DNA of 64,000 nt from a virus, in the IMG/VR virus record IMGVR_UViG_3300010376_000003, positions 1-64,000 of that record, one strand, 5' to 3'. Position numbers and translations under genes: made by a program. A model generated the notes under the pieces. The model saw only the letters and a list, made by a program, of their open reading frames with translations, did no database searches and had not been told where the DNA came from. Below, in pieces: positions 23,055 through 31,484 of the stretch (positions within the stretch are counted from its first letter, which is position 1; each line of letters opens with the position of its first letter).

Positions 23055-24068
23055 TCACTGCACCGTCGTGCGCCGGTAGGCTCCGCGGCGGCTGCGGACG
23101 ATCCGCTCGCGCTCCAGCAGGGTCTGCAGCACGCGCTTCAGGGTCGCAGAACTGAGTGGGATGGCCGCCGCCAGCCGGCGCAGCTCGATGTAGGTGATCT
23201 CGTCACCGTTCTCCGGGACGAGCGCCAGGACGCGCGTGCAGTTGCCTTGGTCGGAGGTGCCGGCATACGGGACGAACAGCCCGCGCTCGTCCCTGGACAG
23301 GTGGAAGGTCTCGGGCCGTGCGCCGTGCGGATGCCACAAGAAGGCGTAGTAGGGCTCGCCAATCTCCTCGGGGCCGGCGAGATACATCTGGGTATCACTG
23401 AACCCGAAGATCGCTGTGCTGCCCAGGATCTGGTCCTGCAATCGCATGTAGCGCTCGCGCGGGTCGGCTTTCAGCTTCGCGGAGTGCGCGAGGCCCAGCA
23501 TCGTCAGCGAGCGGTCGCGCAGCATCACCCGGATCTCATGACAGGCGACACCGCAGGTGTCGTAGTCAATCAGGTTGCCACCGAGGAACAGACCGATCGG
23601 GTCAGGGCACACCAGGCTGCCAGCTGGCAGCTTCAACCGGTCGACCATCTCCATCAGCCGCTGGGTGCGCTCGAAGCGGCGCCGGAGCGACCTGGGGTCG
23701 AAGCTCTTGTCGTCGGCCATGGCGTAGTGCAGCACCTCGGGGTAGCCGATCCGGTCGAACCAGAAGCCGGCGCCCCGCTCCCAGCGGCGGTCGGCTGCGA
23801 TGACCGCGATGGCCGGCAGCGGATTGGGCTGATGCCCAAAGATGGGCGTGCCGTCGCGCAGCGACTTCAGGAGCCAGGCCAGGAGCGCCGTCTTGCCCAC
23901 GTTCGGCGCGCCGGCTAAGAGGCTGATCCCGCCGGCCGGGATGACGACCGGAATGGGGTCGAGCAGCACACCAGCTGGAGGGGGAGCAGGAGGGTCAGCT
24001 GGGGCTGTTTGGGGCATAGCAGGCACCTCAGAATTCGGAGTTTTTGTTCGGGAAAGGCGCCACTTCAT
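23055..24068 (-). CDS. RepA/AAA_25-like P-loop ATPase with C-terminal winged-helix-like region (337 aa; likelier start 24017)
   Basis: Walker A is LLAGAPNVGKTALL and Walker-B-like is SLVCPDPIGLFLGG. The C-terminus is ITYIELRRLAAAIPLSSATLKRVLQTLLERERIV. GAGGTG lies 8 nt before ATG 24017. Confidence 0.65.
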   Translation of the reverse strand: MKWRLSRTKTPNSEVPAMPQTAPADPPAPPPAGVLLDPIPVVIPAGGISLLAGAPNVGKTALLAWLLKSLRDGTPIFGHQPNPLPAIAVIAADRRWERGAGFWFDRIGYPEVLHYAMADDKSFDPRSLRRRFERTQRLMEMVDRLKLPAGSLVCPDPIGLFLGGNLIDYDTCGVACHEIRVMLRDRSLTMLGLAHSAKLKADPRERYMRLQDQILGSTAIFGFSDTQMYLAGPEEIGEPYYAFLWHPHGARPETFHLSRDERGLFVPYAGTSDQGNCTRVLALVPENGDEITYIELRRLAAAIPLSSATLKRVLQTLLERERIVRSRRGAYRRTTVQ

Positions 24069-24141
24069 ACCCTCAGCAGGGGCCGAGTCAAGCCTCCCCA
24101 GTGGTGGGGGGCGCAGCGAAAGATGACACCAGCTGGAGCCC

Positions 24142-24180
24142 AGCTTTGTAGGCTAGAAGCTTTGTTGCTTTGTTGCTTTG
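24142..24180. repeat. GCTTTG hexamer array (4 copies, spacing 16, 8, 8 nt)
   Basis: GCTTTG at 24143, 24159, 24167 and 24175, in the divergent intergenic region. TGTTAGGGT (extended -10-like) follows. Confidence 0.6.
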
Positions 24181-24218
24181 CATGTTAGGGTGGAGCGTCC
24201 CGAAGGAGGGGACCGACG

Positions 24219-24551
24219 ATGCCGAAGAAGATGCAGACCGAATATTCAGGAGACCCGGTGTTCGATGTTGACCAGCCGGTCTACGAAGCGGTGAAGGAGC
24301 GGAAGGGACGCCCGATCCGCATCCGCCTCCAGCCGCAGATCCTGCGCACGCGCGAGGGCGAGGGCTACACCACCAGCTCGGCGTACTACCAGTTCTGGAA
24401 GGAGGTGCGCTGGACGATTGAGTGCGGAACGCCGAAGGAGGTGTTCCAGCTGAGAGATGCGCTGCGGGCGTTCTTCAAGGCGCTCGGGCGCGGCGGGGTG
24501 AAGGCGACCATGGCGGCGCTCGACACGGTGCCGGAAGAGGAGGCCGCATGA
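24219..24551 (+). CDS. hypothetical protein (110 aa)
   Basis: GAAGGAGGGG SD upstream. Track ORF. Confidence 0.6.
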   Translation: MPKKMQTEYSGDPVFDVDQPVYEAVKERKGRPIRIRLQPQILRTREGEGYTTSSAYYQFWKEVRWTIECGTPKEVFQLRDALRAFFKALGRGGVKATMAALDTVPEEEAA

Positions 24552-25036
24552 ATCTCGCACCAGCCATCCTCGGTTCAACGGCCGTCAAACAGCTGCAGGA
24601 GAACCAGACCGGCGCGGTCATCGTCATCGGCAGCGACCTCCTCACCCGGGGGCAGCTGGCGGCAGTCGGCTGCTTCAATTTCCTCGCGGCCAGGCGCCTG
24701 GGAGCCATCCTGAGCGACCAGTTCCAGGTGCCCAACTTGCGATACGTCTACGACAAGGTGCCGCCGCCTTCGCTGGTGGTGCCCAGGCTCGGGGTGTTCA
24801 GCCTCGCGGTGCTCGGGGCGTGTTTCGAGGCCAAGAACCTGGGGACGCTGGAGACCTACGTAGCGAAGCATCGAGCCGAGGGGGTGCGGCAGGTCAGCTT
24901 CCCCTCGATGAAGCACCAGGAGGCCCAGGAAGCGGCCAGGGAGGCCAAGGAGAAGCGACGCCGGCAGCGGCAGCGGCGAGACCAGGCGCACCAGCTGCGG
25001 GTGGCGCGGTTCGACGAGCGGCAACAGACGGTATAG
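24548..25036 (+). CDS. hypothetical protein with basic C-terminal tail (162 aa)
   Basis: ATGA overlap with the upstream stop. Internal start of track ORF 24422..25036 (MNLAPAILGSTAVKQLQ...). Confidence 0.55.
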   Translation: MNLAPAILGSTAVKQLQENQTGAVIVIGSDLLTRGQLAAVGCFNFLAARRLGAILSDQFQVPNLRYVYDKVPPPSLVVPRLGVFSLAVLGACFEAKNLGTLETYVAKHRAEGVRQVSFPSMKHQEAQEAAREAKEKRRRQRQRRDQAHQLRVARFDERQQTV

Positions 25037-25045
25037 GGGTGGGCG

Positions 25046-25291
25046 ATGTTCATTGCGAACGCTCACCTCGACGACGATAAGCTGCTCCTCATCCTCGGGC
25101 TCTCCCGCAGGAACCGCGAGCTGCTGGAGAAGGGCCGACCCATTGATCTGACGCGTGAGTCACACGGCATGGCGATCCCGGCCAACCTGAAGATCGTGAT
25201 CTTCGCAGGCGAGACCGAGGAGACCATGCGGCAACAGATGGCGGCGCTGATCGGGCCGACCACGGTGGTCGACCAGAAGGCGCCGCAGTAG
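25046..25291 (+). CDS. hypothetical protein (81 aa), N-terminus paralogous to 13838..14074
   Basis: Track ORF beginning MFIANAHLDDDKLLLILGLSRRNRE... Confidence 0.55.
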   Translation: MFIANAHLDDDKLLLILGLSRRNRELLEKGRPIDLTRESHGMAIPANLKIVIFAGETEETMRQQMAALIGPTTVVDQKAPQ

Positions 25292-25303
25292 GAGACGACG
25301 ACA

Positions 25304-25723
25304 ATGACAACCTCGTTAGGAGACAAGCTTCGCGCCCAGGCGGCCACGCTCCGCACGCAGGCCGAGGCGCTGGAGATCGCGGCGAAGGTGATGGACGCGC
25401 TCGGCACCAGCGAGAAGCAGCGCACCGCTGAGCGCGCATACAGCCAGGCGGCTGAGATGCGCGCGAGCCAGCGCGACAACGGCAACGGCGCCGCCCCGAG
25501 CCAGCAGCGGGTACTCACCCAGCAGGAGCGGCACACGCTCCTGCGCGAGGCGATGGAGGAGGGCCCGCGCAGCAGCGCGGAGCTGCACCAGGTATTCGAG
25601 CAGCACGGCATCCACCTCACCAAGTCGCGCATCGCGCAGATCCTCGGCACCATGGAGGGGCTGCGCAAGGTGGGCAAAGGGAACATGACCCGCTGGATGC
25701 TGCACCGCCGGCCGGAAGCGTAG
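25304..25723 (+). CDS. hypothetical protein with C-terminal winged-helix-like segment (139 aa)
   Basis: Contains SSAELHQVFEQHGIHLTKSRIAQILGTMEGLRKVGKG. An 8-bp-stem hairpin at 25734-25764 follows the stop. Confidence 0.55.
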   Translation: MTTSLGDKLRAQAATLRTQAEALEIAAKVMDALGTSEKQRTAERAYSQAAEMRASQRDNGNGAAPSQQRVLTQQERHTLLREAMEEGPRSSAELHQVFEQHGIHLTKSRIAQILGTMEGLRKVGKGNMTRWMLHRRPEA

Positions 25724-26042
25724 GCACGCACACTCGGGGGCTGCCGGCGCGCGGTGGCCCCCGATGAACCGTATAGAAGTCACGACACACGCACTATAGG
25801 GAATGTCCCTAGATGACCCAGAAAGTCCCAGAAAGCTACAGAGAGCGCTGTTTTTCCCTACAGTTTTGCCGACCTCGGCTGATGTCCCACAGCAATACAC
25901 CACCCCAAGCCCTTGGGTATAGTGCCTGAAGCATATCCGACCAGGCGTAGCAGGCAATTACCCTAAGTCATCGCCCGTCTAGCAATTACAGCCAGACATC
26001 GCCTCCTCCGAACCCTCGGAGCTGTGAAGAAACTGTGACGTC

Positions 26043-26073
26043 TTGACAGCACCGGATGACTGCGAAGTAAATT
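26043..26073 (+). promoter_or_regulatory. sigma70-like promoter candidate for the XRE gene
   Basis: TTGACA (26043-48), then an 18-19 nt spacer, then GTAAAT/TAAATT (26067-73). Lies ~30 nt upstream of ATG 26103. Confidence 0.4.
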
Positions 26074-26102
26074 GCGTCTCCGCCGTCAGGGGGGGTAACC
26101 CG

Positions 26103-26363
26103 ATGGCGAAGCGGCGGAGGAGCAGCGTGCCGAAACTCACAGAGCTGGCAGCCCCGACCCTGCGCGCGTATCTCAGGAAGAGCGGCGAAAGCCAGCACGA
26201 CCTGGCACGGCGAGTCGGGGTGAACCAGTCGACGATCTCGCAACTGTGCAATGGAGGGAGAAACCCCAGCGGGAGAGTAGCGCTTCGGATCTCGAAAGCG
26301 ACCGGCGTCCCCGTCGAGGCGATCCTCAAGCCACGACGGCGCCGGAAGGCAGGCGGCACTTGA
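26103..26363 (+). CDS. XRE-family (Cro/CI-type) HTH transcriptional regulator (86 aa)
   Basis: LRAYLRKSGESQHDLARRVGVNQSTISQLCNG is a classic HTH_XRE motif. Internal ATG of track ORF 26043..26363. Confidence 0.75.
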   Translation: MAKRRRSSVPKLTELAAPTLRAYLRKSGESQHDLARRVGVNQSTISQLCNGGRNPSGRVALRISKATGVPVEAILKPRRRRKAGGT

Positions 26364-26400
26364 CCGCCTCCTGAGTTCTGGGCCTAGGTTCAGGCCCACC

Positions 26401-26445
26401 GACAACGACGACAACGACGACGACGCCGACGACCACGACGACAGC
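26401..26445 (+). repeat. imperfect (GAC/AAC)n trinucleotide repeat, 15 units
   Basis: GACAACGACGACAACGACGACGACGCCGACGACCACGACGACAGC. It is intergenic and in frame with the downstream nuclease gene, but I found no in-frame ATG/GTG/TTG start upstream of 26476. Confidence 0.8.
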
Positions 26446-26475
26446 GTAGCTCTGTCTTCCCAGCGGAGGCCTGCG

Positions 26476-27906
26476 ATGACGACGATGGCGACGGATCAGG
26501 GAACCCCTGCGCCTTCTACGATCTGGCTCACCGACCGTTCACGCTTCAAGCTCGGCACCAGCCGCTGCGCCAGGGCTCGCTACCTCGGGTACCACTTCGG
26601 CCCCACTGGCTACGGCATCACCGCGCGCCGCGAGTCGCTCCCGCTGGTCACTGGTATCTCGGTGCACCAGGGGCTGGAAGCGTATACCCGCATCCTCGCC
26701 GAACACGACCGCCTGCCCGATGTCGGCGAGACGCGCGGCATCGTCCACGGCATCTGCAACGCCTATCTGAACCGCGTCGAGGGGCGCGGCTTCCGCGGCA
26801 TCCTCTCCGGCCCGCAGACCGACGAGACGATCAACGAACAGGTCGCGCTGATCTCAGGGCTGCTCTGGGCGCTGCGCTTGAAGTTCCTCCCCTGGCTGCA
26901 CGCGGCCTACCAGGTGCGCGCCATCGAGGAGGAGCGGCTGCACTTCCTCTCCTGCAGCTGCGGGGCACCCCCGCTCGACACCGCTGAACACATCCGCCGA
27001 AGCTGCGCCGGTAAGGCGCTGATGATCCGGACGGATCTCCTGGCGCAGCGGCGCGGCGGCCAGACCTTCGCCTACCTGGAATGCAAAACCACCGGCTGGG
27101 ACAGCGACGCCTGGGCCGAGCAGTGGGAGACCGATGCGCAGCTCGCGCTCGGGACGCTCGACGTCGAGGCGAAGTACGGCCACGAGGTCACCGAGCTGTA
27201 CATCATCGGGCTGAACAAGGGCGGGCGGAAGCGCGATCGGTATAACCCGGATGACATCCGCCGGCAGCAGAGCGCGCTCTGCTACGGGTATCGCCGGCCT
27301 GGCAATCCCCCACTGGCGAAGGACGACTGGCTGCCGGCCTACGAGTGGACCGACAACGAGGGCGAGACTCGGCGAGCGAGCCGTGCGCACAAGCGCACCG
27401 GCATCTGGCTGCTCGATGAGAGCGACTGGCCGACCTGGCGCGCGTATCAGGGCAGCGACCCGAGCCTGGGCGCGTATGAGTTCTGGGTGCGGAACCTCCC
27501 GGCGAGCATCCTCGACCGGGTGTGCTTCATCCTCGGGCCGATGAACCGGCAGGACCAGCAGCTGCGGGCGCTCACCACCAGCATGGCCGGCGAGGAGAGC
27601 CGCTGGCAGGCGCACCTCTGGGAGCTGTACGAGCTGCAGGCGAACGGCTACGCCTGGAGTAGCCCCGAGTTCCAGGAGGCGCTCGACCTGCGCATCCCCT
27701 GCAGCTGGGCGTGCCGCCCCTTCGGGAAAGACCACCAGTGTGAGTTCGTGCCGGTGTGCCACCGGCACCAGGGCTGGGACGACCCGGTCGGCAGCGGCCA
27801 GTATCAGCCGCGCCTGCCGCATCACGACCCCGAGCTGCGACAAGCCATCGACCGTGGCCTGCTCCCGAAGGAGGCCGCCGAGGCCGAGGAGGAGGACGAG
27901 CGATGA
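26476..27906 (+). CDS. PD-(D/E)XK (RecB/Cas4-like) nuclease with C-terminal Cys cluster (476 aa)
   Basis: RTDLLAQRRGGQTFAYLECKTTG gives the D...E-x-K motif. An early Cys (TSRCARARYLGY) plus C-terminal CSWACRPFGKDHQCEFVPVC resemble a Cas4/AddB-type Fe-S arrangement. Confidence 0.7.
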   Translation: MTTMATDQGTPAPSTIWLTDRSRFKLGTSRCARARYLGYHFGPTGYGITARRESLPLVTGISVHQGLEAYTRILAEHDRLPDVGETRGIVHGICNAYLNRVEGRGFRGILSGPQTDETINEQVALISGLLWALRLKFLPWLHAAYQVRAIEEERLHFLSCSCGAPPLDTAEHIRRSCAGKALMIRTDLLAQRRGGQTFAYLECKTTGWDSDAWAEQWETDAQLALGTLDVEAKYGHEVTELYIIGLNKGGRKRDRYNPDDIRRQQSALCYGYRRPGNPPLAKDDWLPAYEWTDNEGETRRASRAHKRTGIWLLDESDWPTWRAYQGSDPSLGAYEFWVRNLPASILDRVCFILGPMNRQDQQLRALTTSMAGEESRWQAHLWELYELQANGYAWSSPEFQEALDLRIPCSWACRPFGKDHQCEFVPVCHRHQGWDDPVGSGQYQPRLPHHDPELRQAIDRGLLPKEAAEAEEEDER

Positions 27907-28109
27907 GCCCGAGGCGGGTCGCGAAGCCCTTCGATCCGATGGTGCTGAAGCTGGCCGACCGCTTCCTCAACGAGGACGACGAGGTACGGAGATACGGGTT
28001 CGACGTACGCGAAGCACGGCGCATGCAGCTCGCCCAGGCTATCCAGGACGCGATCGAGGTCTGGTTCCGCGAGCATCCGCTGCCGCCGACGCGAGAGGAG
28101 GAGTGGTGA
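27903..28109 (+). CDS. hypothetical protein (68 aa)
   Basis: ATGA overlap with the nuclease stop. Sequence MSPRRVAKPFDPMVLKLADRFLNEDDEVRRYGF... Confidence 0.5.
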   Translation: MSPRRVAKPFDPMVLKLADRFLNEDDEVRRYGFDVREARRMQLAQAIQDAIEVWFREHPLPPTREEEW

Positions 28110-28225
28110 CGACGACGATGACGATCCTGCTGTGGGTAGCTGTGGTAGTCGCCTGGTGCATTCCGTACTCGCGGGTGCCGCACACCTGGCGCGAGGTGTT
28201 CACGACGCAGTGGTGGAGGCGGTGA
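28106..28225 (+). CDS. mini membrane protein (36-39 aa)
   Basis: GTG at 28106 overlaps the upstream TGA; an ATG at 28118 is an alternative. Sequence MTILLWVAVVVAWCIPYSRVPHTWREVFTTQWWRR. Its stop overlaps the next ATG. Confidence 0.35.
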   Translation: MTTTMTILLWVAVVVAWCIPYSRVPHTWREVFTTQWWRR

Positions 28226-28434
28226 TGGCGTGCCCAATCTGCGGAGCGACATGCATATGCAAGCGGCGGGGGCCTGGCGGCCTCTGCTGCGGCTGTCACA
28301 AGCACAAGGCGACCAAAGGGTTCACGCGGCAGGACCTGGATAAGTGGCGCGCTGAGCACCAACTGCCCCCCGTGAGCGACCGGGTGTGGAAGCGCTCCTA
28401 CGCGCGCGACGTCGAGACGAGGCCGGGGCTGTGA
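28225..28434 (+). CDS. Cys-rich small protein (69 aa)
   Basis: MACPICGATCICKRRGPGGLCCGCHKH... TGATG coupling to the upstream gene. Confidence 0.5.
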   Translation: MACPICGATCICKRRGPGGLCCGCHKHKATKGFTRQDLDKWRAEHQLPPVSDRVWKRSYARDVETRPGL

Positions 28435-28964
28435 GCCCGATCGATAGCGGCAGCCGCCACTACGCCGCCGGGTCGAGTGACATCGAGGCCTGGACCTGCC
28501 CGGCATGCGGTACCGAGAACCAGGGCGACTTCACCAAGGGCTGCCCGCACTGTGGCGCCGGTCGCGCTCAGGCCTATCACGTCGACCAGGCGTCGCGAGC
28601 GACGAGCGCGCCACCGCCCAGGCCGCCGGTCATTCAGCCGGCGACACCGCTCTCAGCAGCGGCGCAGCAGTTCGCCGAGATGAACCCGCACGTCGGCATC
28701 GACCAGGCCTGGCTCGCCGGCTACGAGGCGGGTGTGCTCGCCGCACGCCAGGCGCTGGTGCAGCACGCCGCACGGGAGCAGGAGGCGCACACCGTGAGCA
28801 ACCAGGGGCGCGCCGCTCGGACCATCGCCGCCGCGCTGGAGTACTTCGCGAGGAACGTCCTCGACAACAACCCCGAGGAGGTCGACGCGGGCGAGTGGTG
28901 CAGCGCCGAGGAAGTCAAAGAGCTGATCGCACACTTCCGACCGATGGGAGGGGTCCATGCCTGA
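28431..28964 (+). CDS. hypothetical protein with N-terminal zinc ribbon (177 aa)
   Basis: GTGA overlap start. Contains CPACGTEN...CPHCGAG. Confidence 0.5.
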   Translation: MSPIDSGSRHYAAGSSDIEAWTCPACGTENQGDFTKGCPHCGAGRAQAYHVDQASRATSAPPPRPPVIQPATPLSAAAQQFAEMNPHVGIDQAWLAGYEAGVLAARQALVQHAAREQEAHTVSNQGRAARTIAAALEYFARNVLDNNPEEVDAGEWCSAEEVKELIAHFRPMGGVHA

Positions 28965-29166
28965 ATTTGCCACCGACGCGCTGACGCTGCGCTATGTGGC
29001 CTATCGGCGAGCGCTCATCGTCCTCGCCTCGGACCACACGACGGTCGCCGAGCGCAAGGAGCTGCTGAGGGTGCGCGACCAGTTCGAGGCCGACCTGCGC
29101 GACGGACTGCTCGACCCCCTGTTCGGCATGCGCGTGGTGACGCGCGAGGAGAAGCCCCGTGCCTGA
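28957..29166 (+). CDS. hypothetical protein (69 aa)
   Basis: Track ORF with an 8-nt overlap with the upstream gene. Confidence 0.5.
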   Translation: MPEFATDALTLRYVAYRRALIVLASDHTTVAERKELLRVRDQFEADLRDGLLDPLFGMRVVTREEKPRA

Positions 29167-29365
29167 GCGAATGCTGCAGTTCTTCGTCGCCGAGCACTTA
29201 CCGAACCGCTTGCGCGATGCGAGCCAACCGTTCTGTGACCTCGCACGGCAGGTCATCGAGAAGTATCCCGAAAACCCGGAACGCACGGTGGTGCTACGCA
29301 AGCTGCTCGAAGCCAAGGACGCCGCGGTGCGCTGCGTCATCGAGGGGGCGGTGCCCCGTGGCTGA
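29159..29365 (+). CDS. hypothetical protein (68 aa)
   Basis: GTG start with GAGGAG 7 nt upstream. Confidence 0.5.
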   Translation: MPERMLQFFVAEHLPNRLRDASQPFCDLARQVIEKYPENPERTVVLRKLLEAKDAAVRCVIEGAVPRG

Positions 29366-30857
29366 GACGCCAGCCGCCGCCAAGCGCATCTTCACGGCGA
29401 CCTTGATCCTCGGCGTTCCCGGAGCTGGCAAGACGAGCCTGCTCGCGAGCTTCGCCCGCTATCTCTGGGAGACCTACCACAAGGTGCTGCTGCTCTACTC
29501 CTGGGACGGCGGCGCCGTACCGACTGAGTTACAAGCCCTGATGAAGCAGGGGTTGATCAGGTTCTGGCGCGCGAGGACCCGGAGCGCCGAAGGGCTAGGC
29601 ATTGAGACCCTCTATCTCGCCACGCGCGGCTACTGGCCCAGGAAGATCAACGTCGAGACGGGGGAAACCTCGCCGGCCGTGGAGCTGGTGGCGCCCGTGA
29701 CGACGCAGTATGACGTGCGCTGCACCAAGACCGGTAACCTCCTGGCGCTGCTGCCGACGCGCGCCCAGATCACCCCGACCTTCTGCGCCAGCTGTAAGAA
29801 CATCCACACGCTGCCGGAGCTGACGGTACGGGAAGACGTGCATCGGACACGCGGCTTCGAGATGGTCGGCGGCGTCGCCTACGACGGGATGACGAGCATG
29901 ACCGGCGTGGTGATGGAGCACATGGACCACGCGCGCGGCTCGGGCCAGATAGGCGGCGAGAAGCCGGCCTTCGGCGGCGTCGTCGTCAGTGGCTCGGTGA
30001 AGTTAGGCGGGAACAACAGAGCCGACGTCGGCTTCGGCCAGTCGCGTGGGCAACAGTTCGTGAATAACTCGCTCTCGATCCCCTACCTGGTCGAGGGCCC
30101 CGTCTTCACCGCGCTGAGTATGGAAGCGACCGACGAGGGCGGCCTGCCCATCGTCGGTGCCAAGCTCCCCGGGCGCGCCGCGACCGACGAGGCCTCGGCC
30201 TGGTTCGGCAACGTCTTCGAGATGGGGCGCGACGTGGACGAGGCTGGCAAGGAGCACTACGCACTCTACCTGCGTCCCTTCGTCGACCCGCAGAACCGCC
30301 GGCACTTACTCAAGACGTCTGCCTCGCCGACCGGACTCCCCGATAAGTTAGTCGACCCGATCGGGCAGCCCTGGGCGATGGCGAACCTGGGGAAGGTCTT
30401 CCAGCTGCTCGATGCCGACCTGGCGTCGAGCCTCGCGAAGGAGATCCCTGGCGCACCAGGCCTCGCCGGCACGCCGAGCGACTACGGCGAGAGCTATCTC
30501 GTCACCGAACAGAACGTCGAGGTTCCGGGGCCAGCTCCCGCGGGGCTACCCATGCCACCGCTGCAGCCGCCGGCTGCCCAGGCACCCGGAGCCCCACCGA
30601 CGGCCGTCGCAGCTGCGGGCAATGGTGGCGCACTGGCGGTCCCCGCACCGGTCGCTACCGCCCGCAAGCGGACGGCTCGCGTGGAAGCCCCAACTAACTC
30701 GACACCGACGACGACGACGACGACGACTCCGATGACGACGATGACGACGACTCCGCCGCCGCCTGGCATGAAGCCACCGGCGAGAGTGCCGACTGATGTC
30801 AAGGAGTCAAGTGATGGGAAAGACACTAACGGAGCTGGCAGGGCAACTGAAGGATGA
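29358..30857 (+). CDS. P-loop ATPase, AAA_24/Sak4-like recombination ATPase candidate (499 aa)
   Basis: GTG at 29358. Walker A is near the N-terminus (ATLILGVPGAGKTSLL). The C-terminal tail is Pro/Thr-rich and low-complexity (TPTTTTTTTPMTTMTTTPPPP). The N-terminus of track ORF 29217.. is junk. Confidence 0.6.
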   Translation: MAETPAAAKRIFTATLILGVPGAGKTSLLASFARYLWETYHKVLLLYSWDGGAVPTELQALMKQGLIRFWRARTRSAEGLGIETLYLATRGYWPRKINVETGETSPAVELVAPVTTQYDVRCTKTGNLLALLPTRAQITPTFCASCKNIHTLPELTVREDVHRTRGFEMVGGVAYDGMTSMTGVVMEHMDHARGSGQIGGEKPAFGGVVVSGSVKLGGNNRADVGFGQSRGQQFVNNSLSIPYLVEGPVFTALSMEATDEGGLPIVGAKLPGRAATDEASAWFGNVFEMGRDVDEAGKEHYALYLRPFVDPQNRRHLLKTSASPTGLPDKLVDPIGQPWAMANLGKVFQLLDADLASSLAKEIPGAPGLAGTPSDYGESYLVTEQNVEVPGPAPAGLPMPPLQPPAAQAPGAPPTAVAAAGNGGALAVPAPVATARKRTARVEAPTNSTPTTTTTTTPMTTMTTTPPPPGMKPPARVPTDVKESSDGKDTNGAGRATEG

Positions 30858-31479
30858 GGTACTCCCGACCGCAGGACAGGACTTAGAAGACCTCCCGACC
30901 TTCGGAGGATGGGCGCCGCCGCCGCCAGCTGGAAGCTATCGCTTCAAGTTACCCAGTGACTTGAACGCCGTGTGGGACCTGTTCGACGTGCCGGATAAGA
31001 CGCCGCCGCAGCGCGTGCGCATGGTGCTCGACCGCGACCATCCGCTGCTCATCGTGCAGTCGCCTGGAGGGAAGAACAACAACGAGCCCTTCGAGACGCG
31101 GCTGACGAACAACGAGCGGCCTCGCGGTAAGGACCGGTCGGTCGTGGCGAGCGAGCTGGATTATCTGCTCCGCGCGCTTGGCGAGAAGGGCAAGCCGAAG
31201 AGCAACCGCGAATACATGACGATGATCCAGAAGCACGCCGGCCGGGAGTTCGGGGCCGACATCCGCTACAGCTGGACGTGCAGCAAGGAGCGCGAGAAGC
31301 GCGCGAAGGACCAGAACGGCGCCTTCACGAAGATCGAGGGCAGCCACGGCTGCGGCGAGAAGTACTACCAGGAGGACGTCCCGAAGGACGCCAACGGCCA
31401 GGTGCCCTTCGAGGTGATGTGCAGCGCCTGCGGGAACTGGATGAACGCCTGGGCGAACCTGGACAACCTGAGGAGCTGA
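30814..31479 (+). CDS. hypothetical protein with C-terminal CxxC (221 aa)
   Basis: AAGGAG sits 7 nt before ATG 30814. The gene overlaps the ATPase 3' end by 44 nt. An ssDNA-binding partner role is only a positional guess. Confidence 0.55.
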   Translation: MGKTLTELAGQLKDEVLPTAGQDLEDLPTFGGWAPPPPAGSYRFKLPSDLNAVWDLFDVPDKTPPQRVRMVLDRDHPLLIVQSPGGKNNNEPFETRLTNNERPRGKDRSVVASELDYLLRALGEKGKPKSNREYMTMIQKHAGREFGADIRYSWTCSKEREKRAKDQNGAFTKIEGSHGCGEKYYQEDVPKDANGQVPFEVMCSACGNWMNAWANLDNLRS

Positions 31480-31484
31480 GCTGA

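Noticed and set aside
25792-25802. CACTATAGGGA, an 11-nt exact match to the core of the T7 class III promoter, with ACGAC nearby upstream.
   Set aside because: I found a single copy, and the upstream half does not align with the T7 consensus. No single-subunit RNA polymerase gene is present in the window, and good sigma70-type promoters are. Probably chance, or part of the TAGGGA-N3-TCCCTA inverted repeat.
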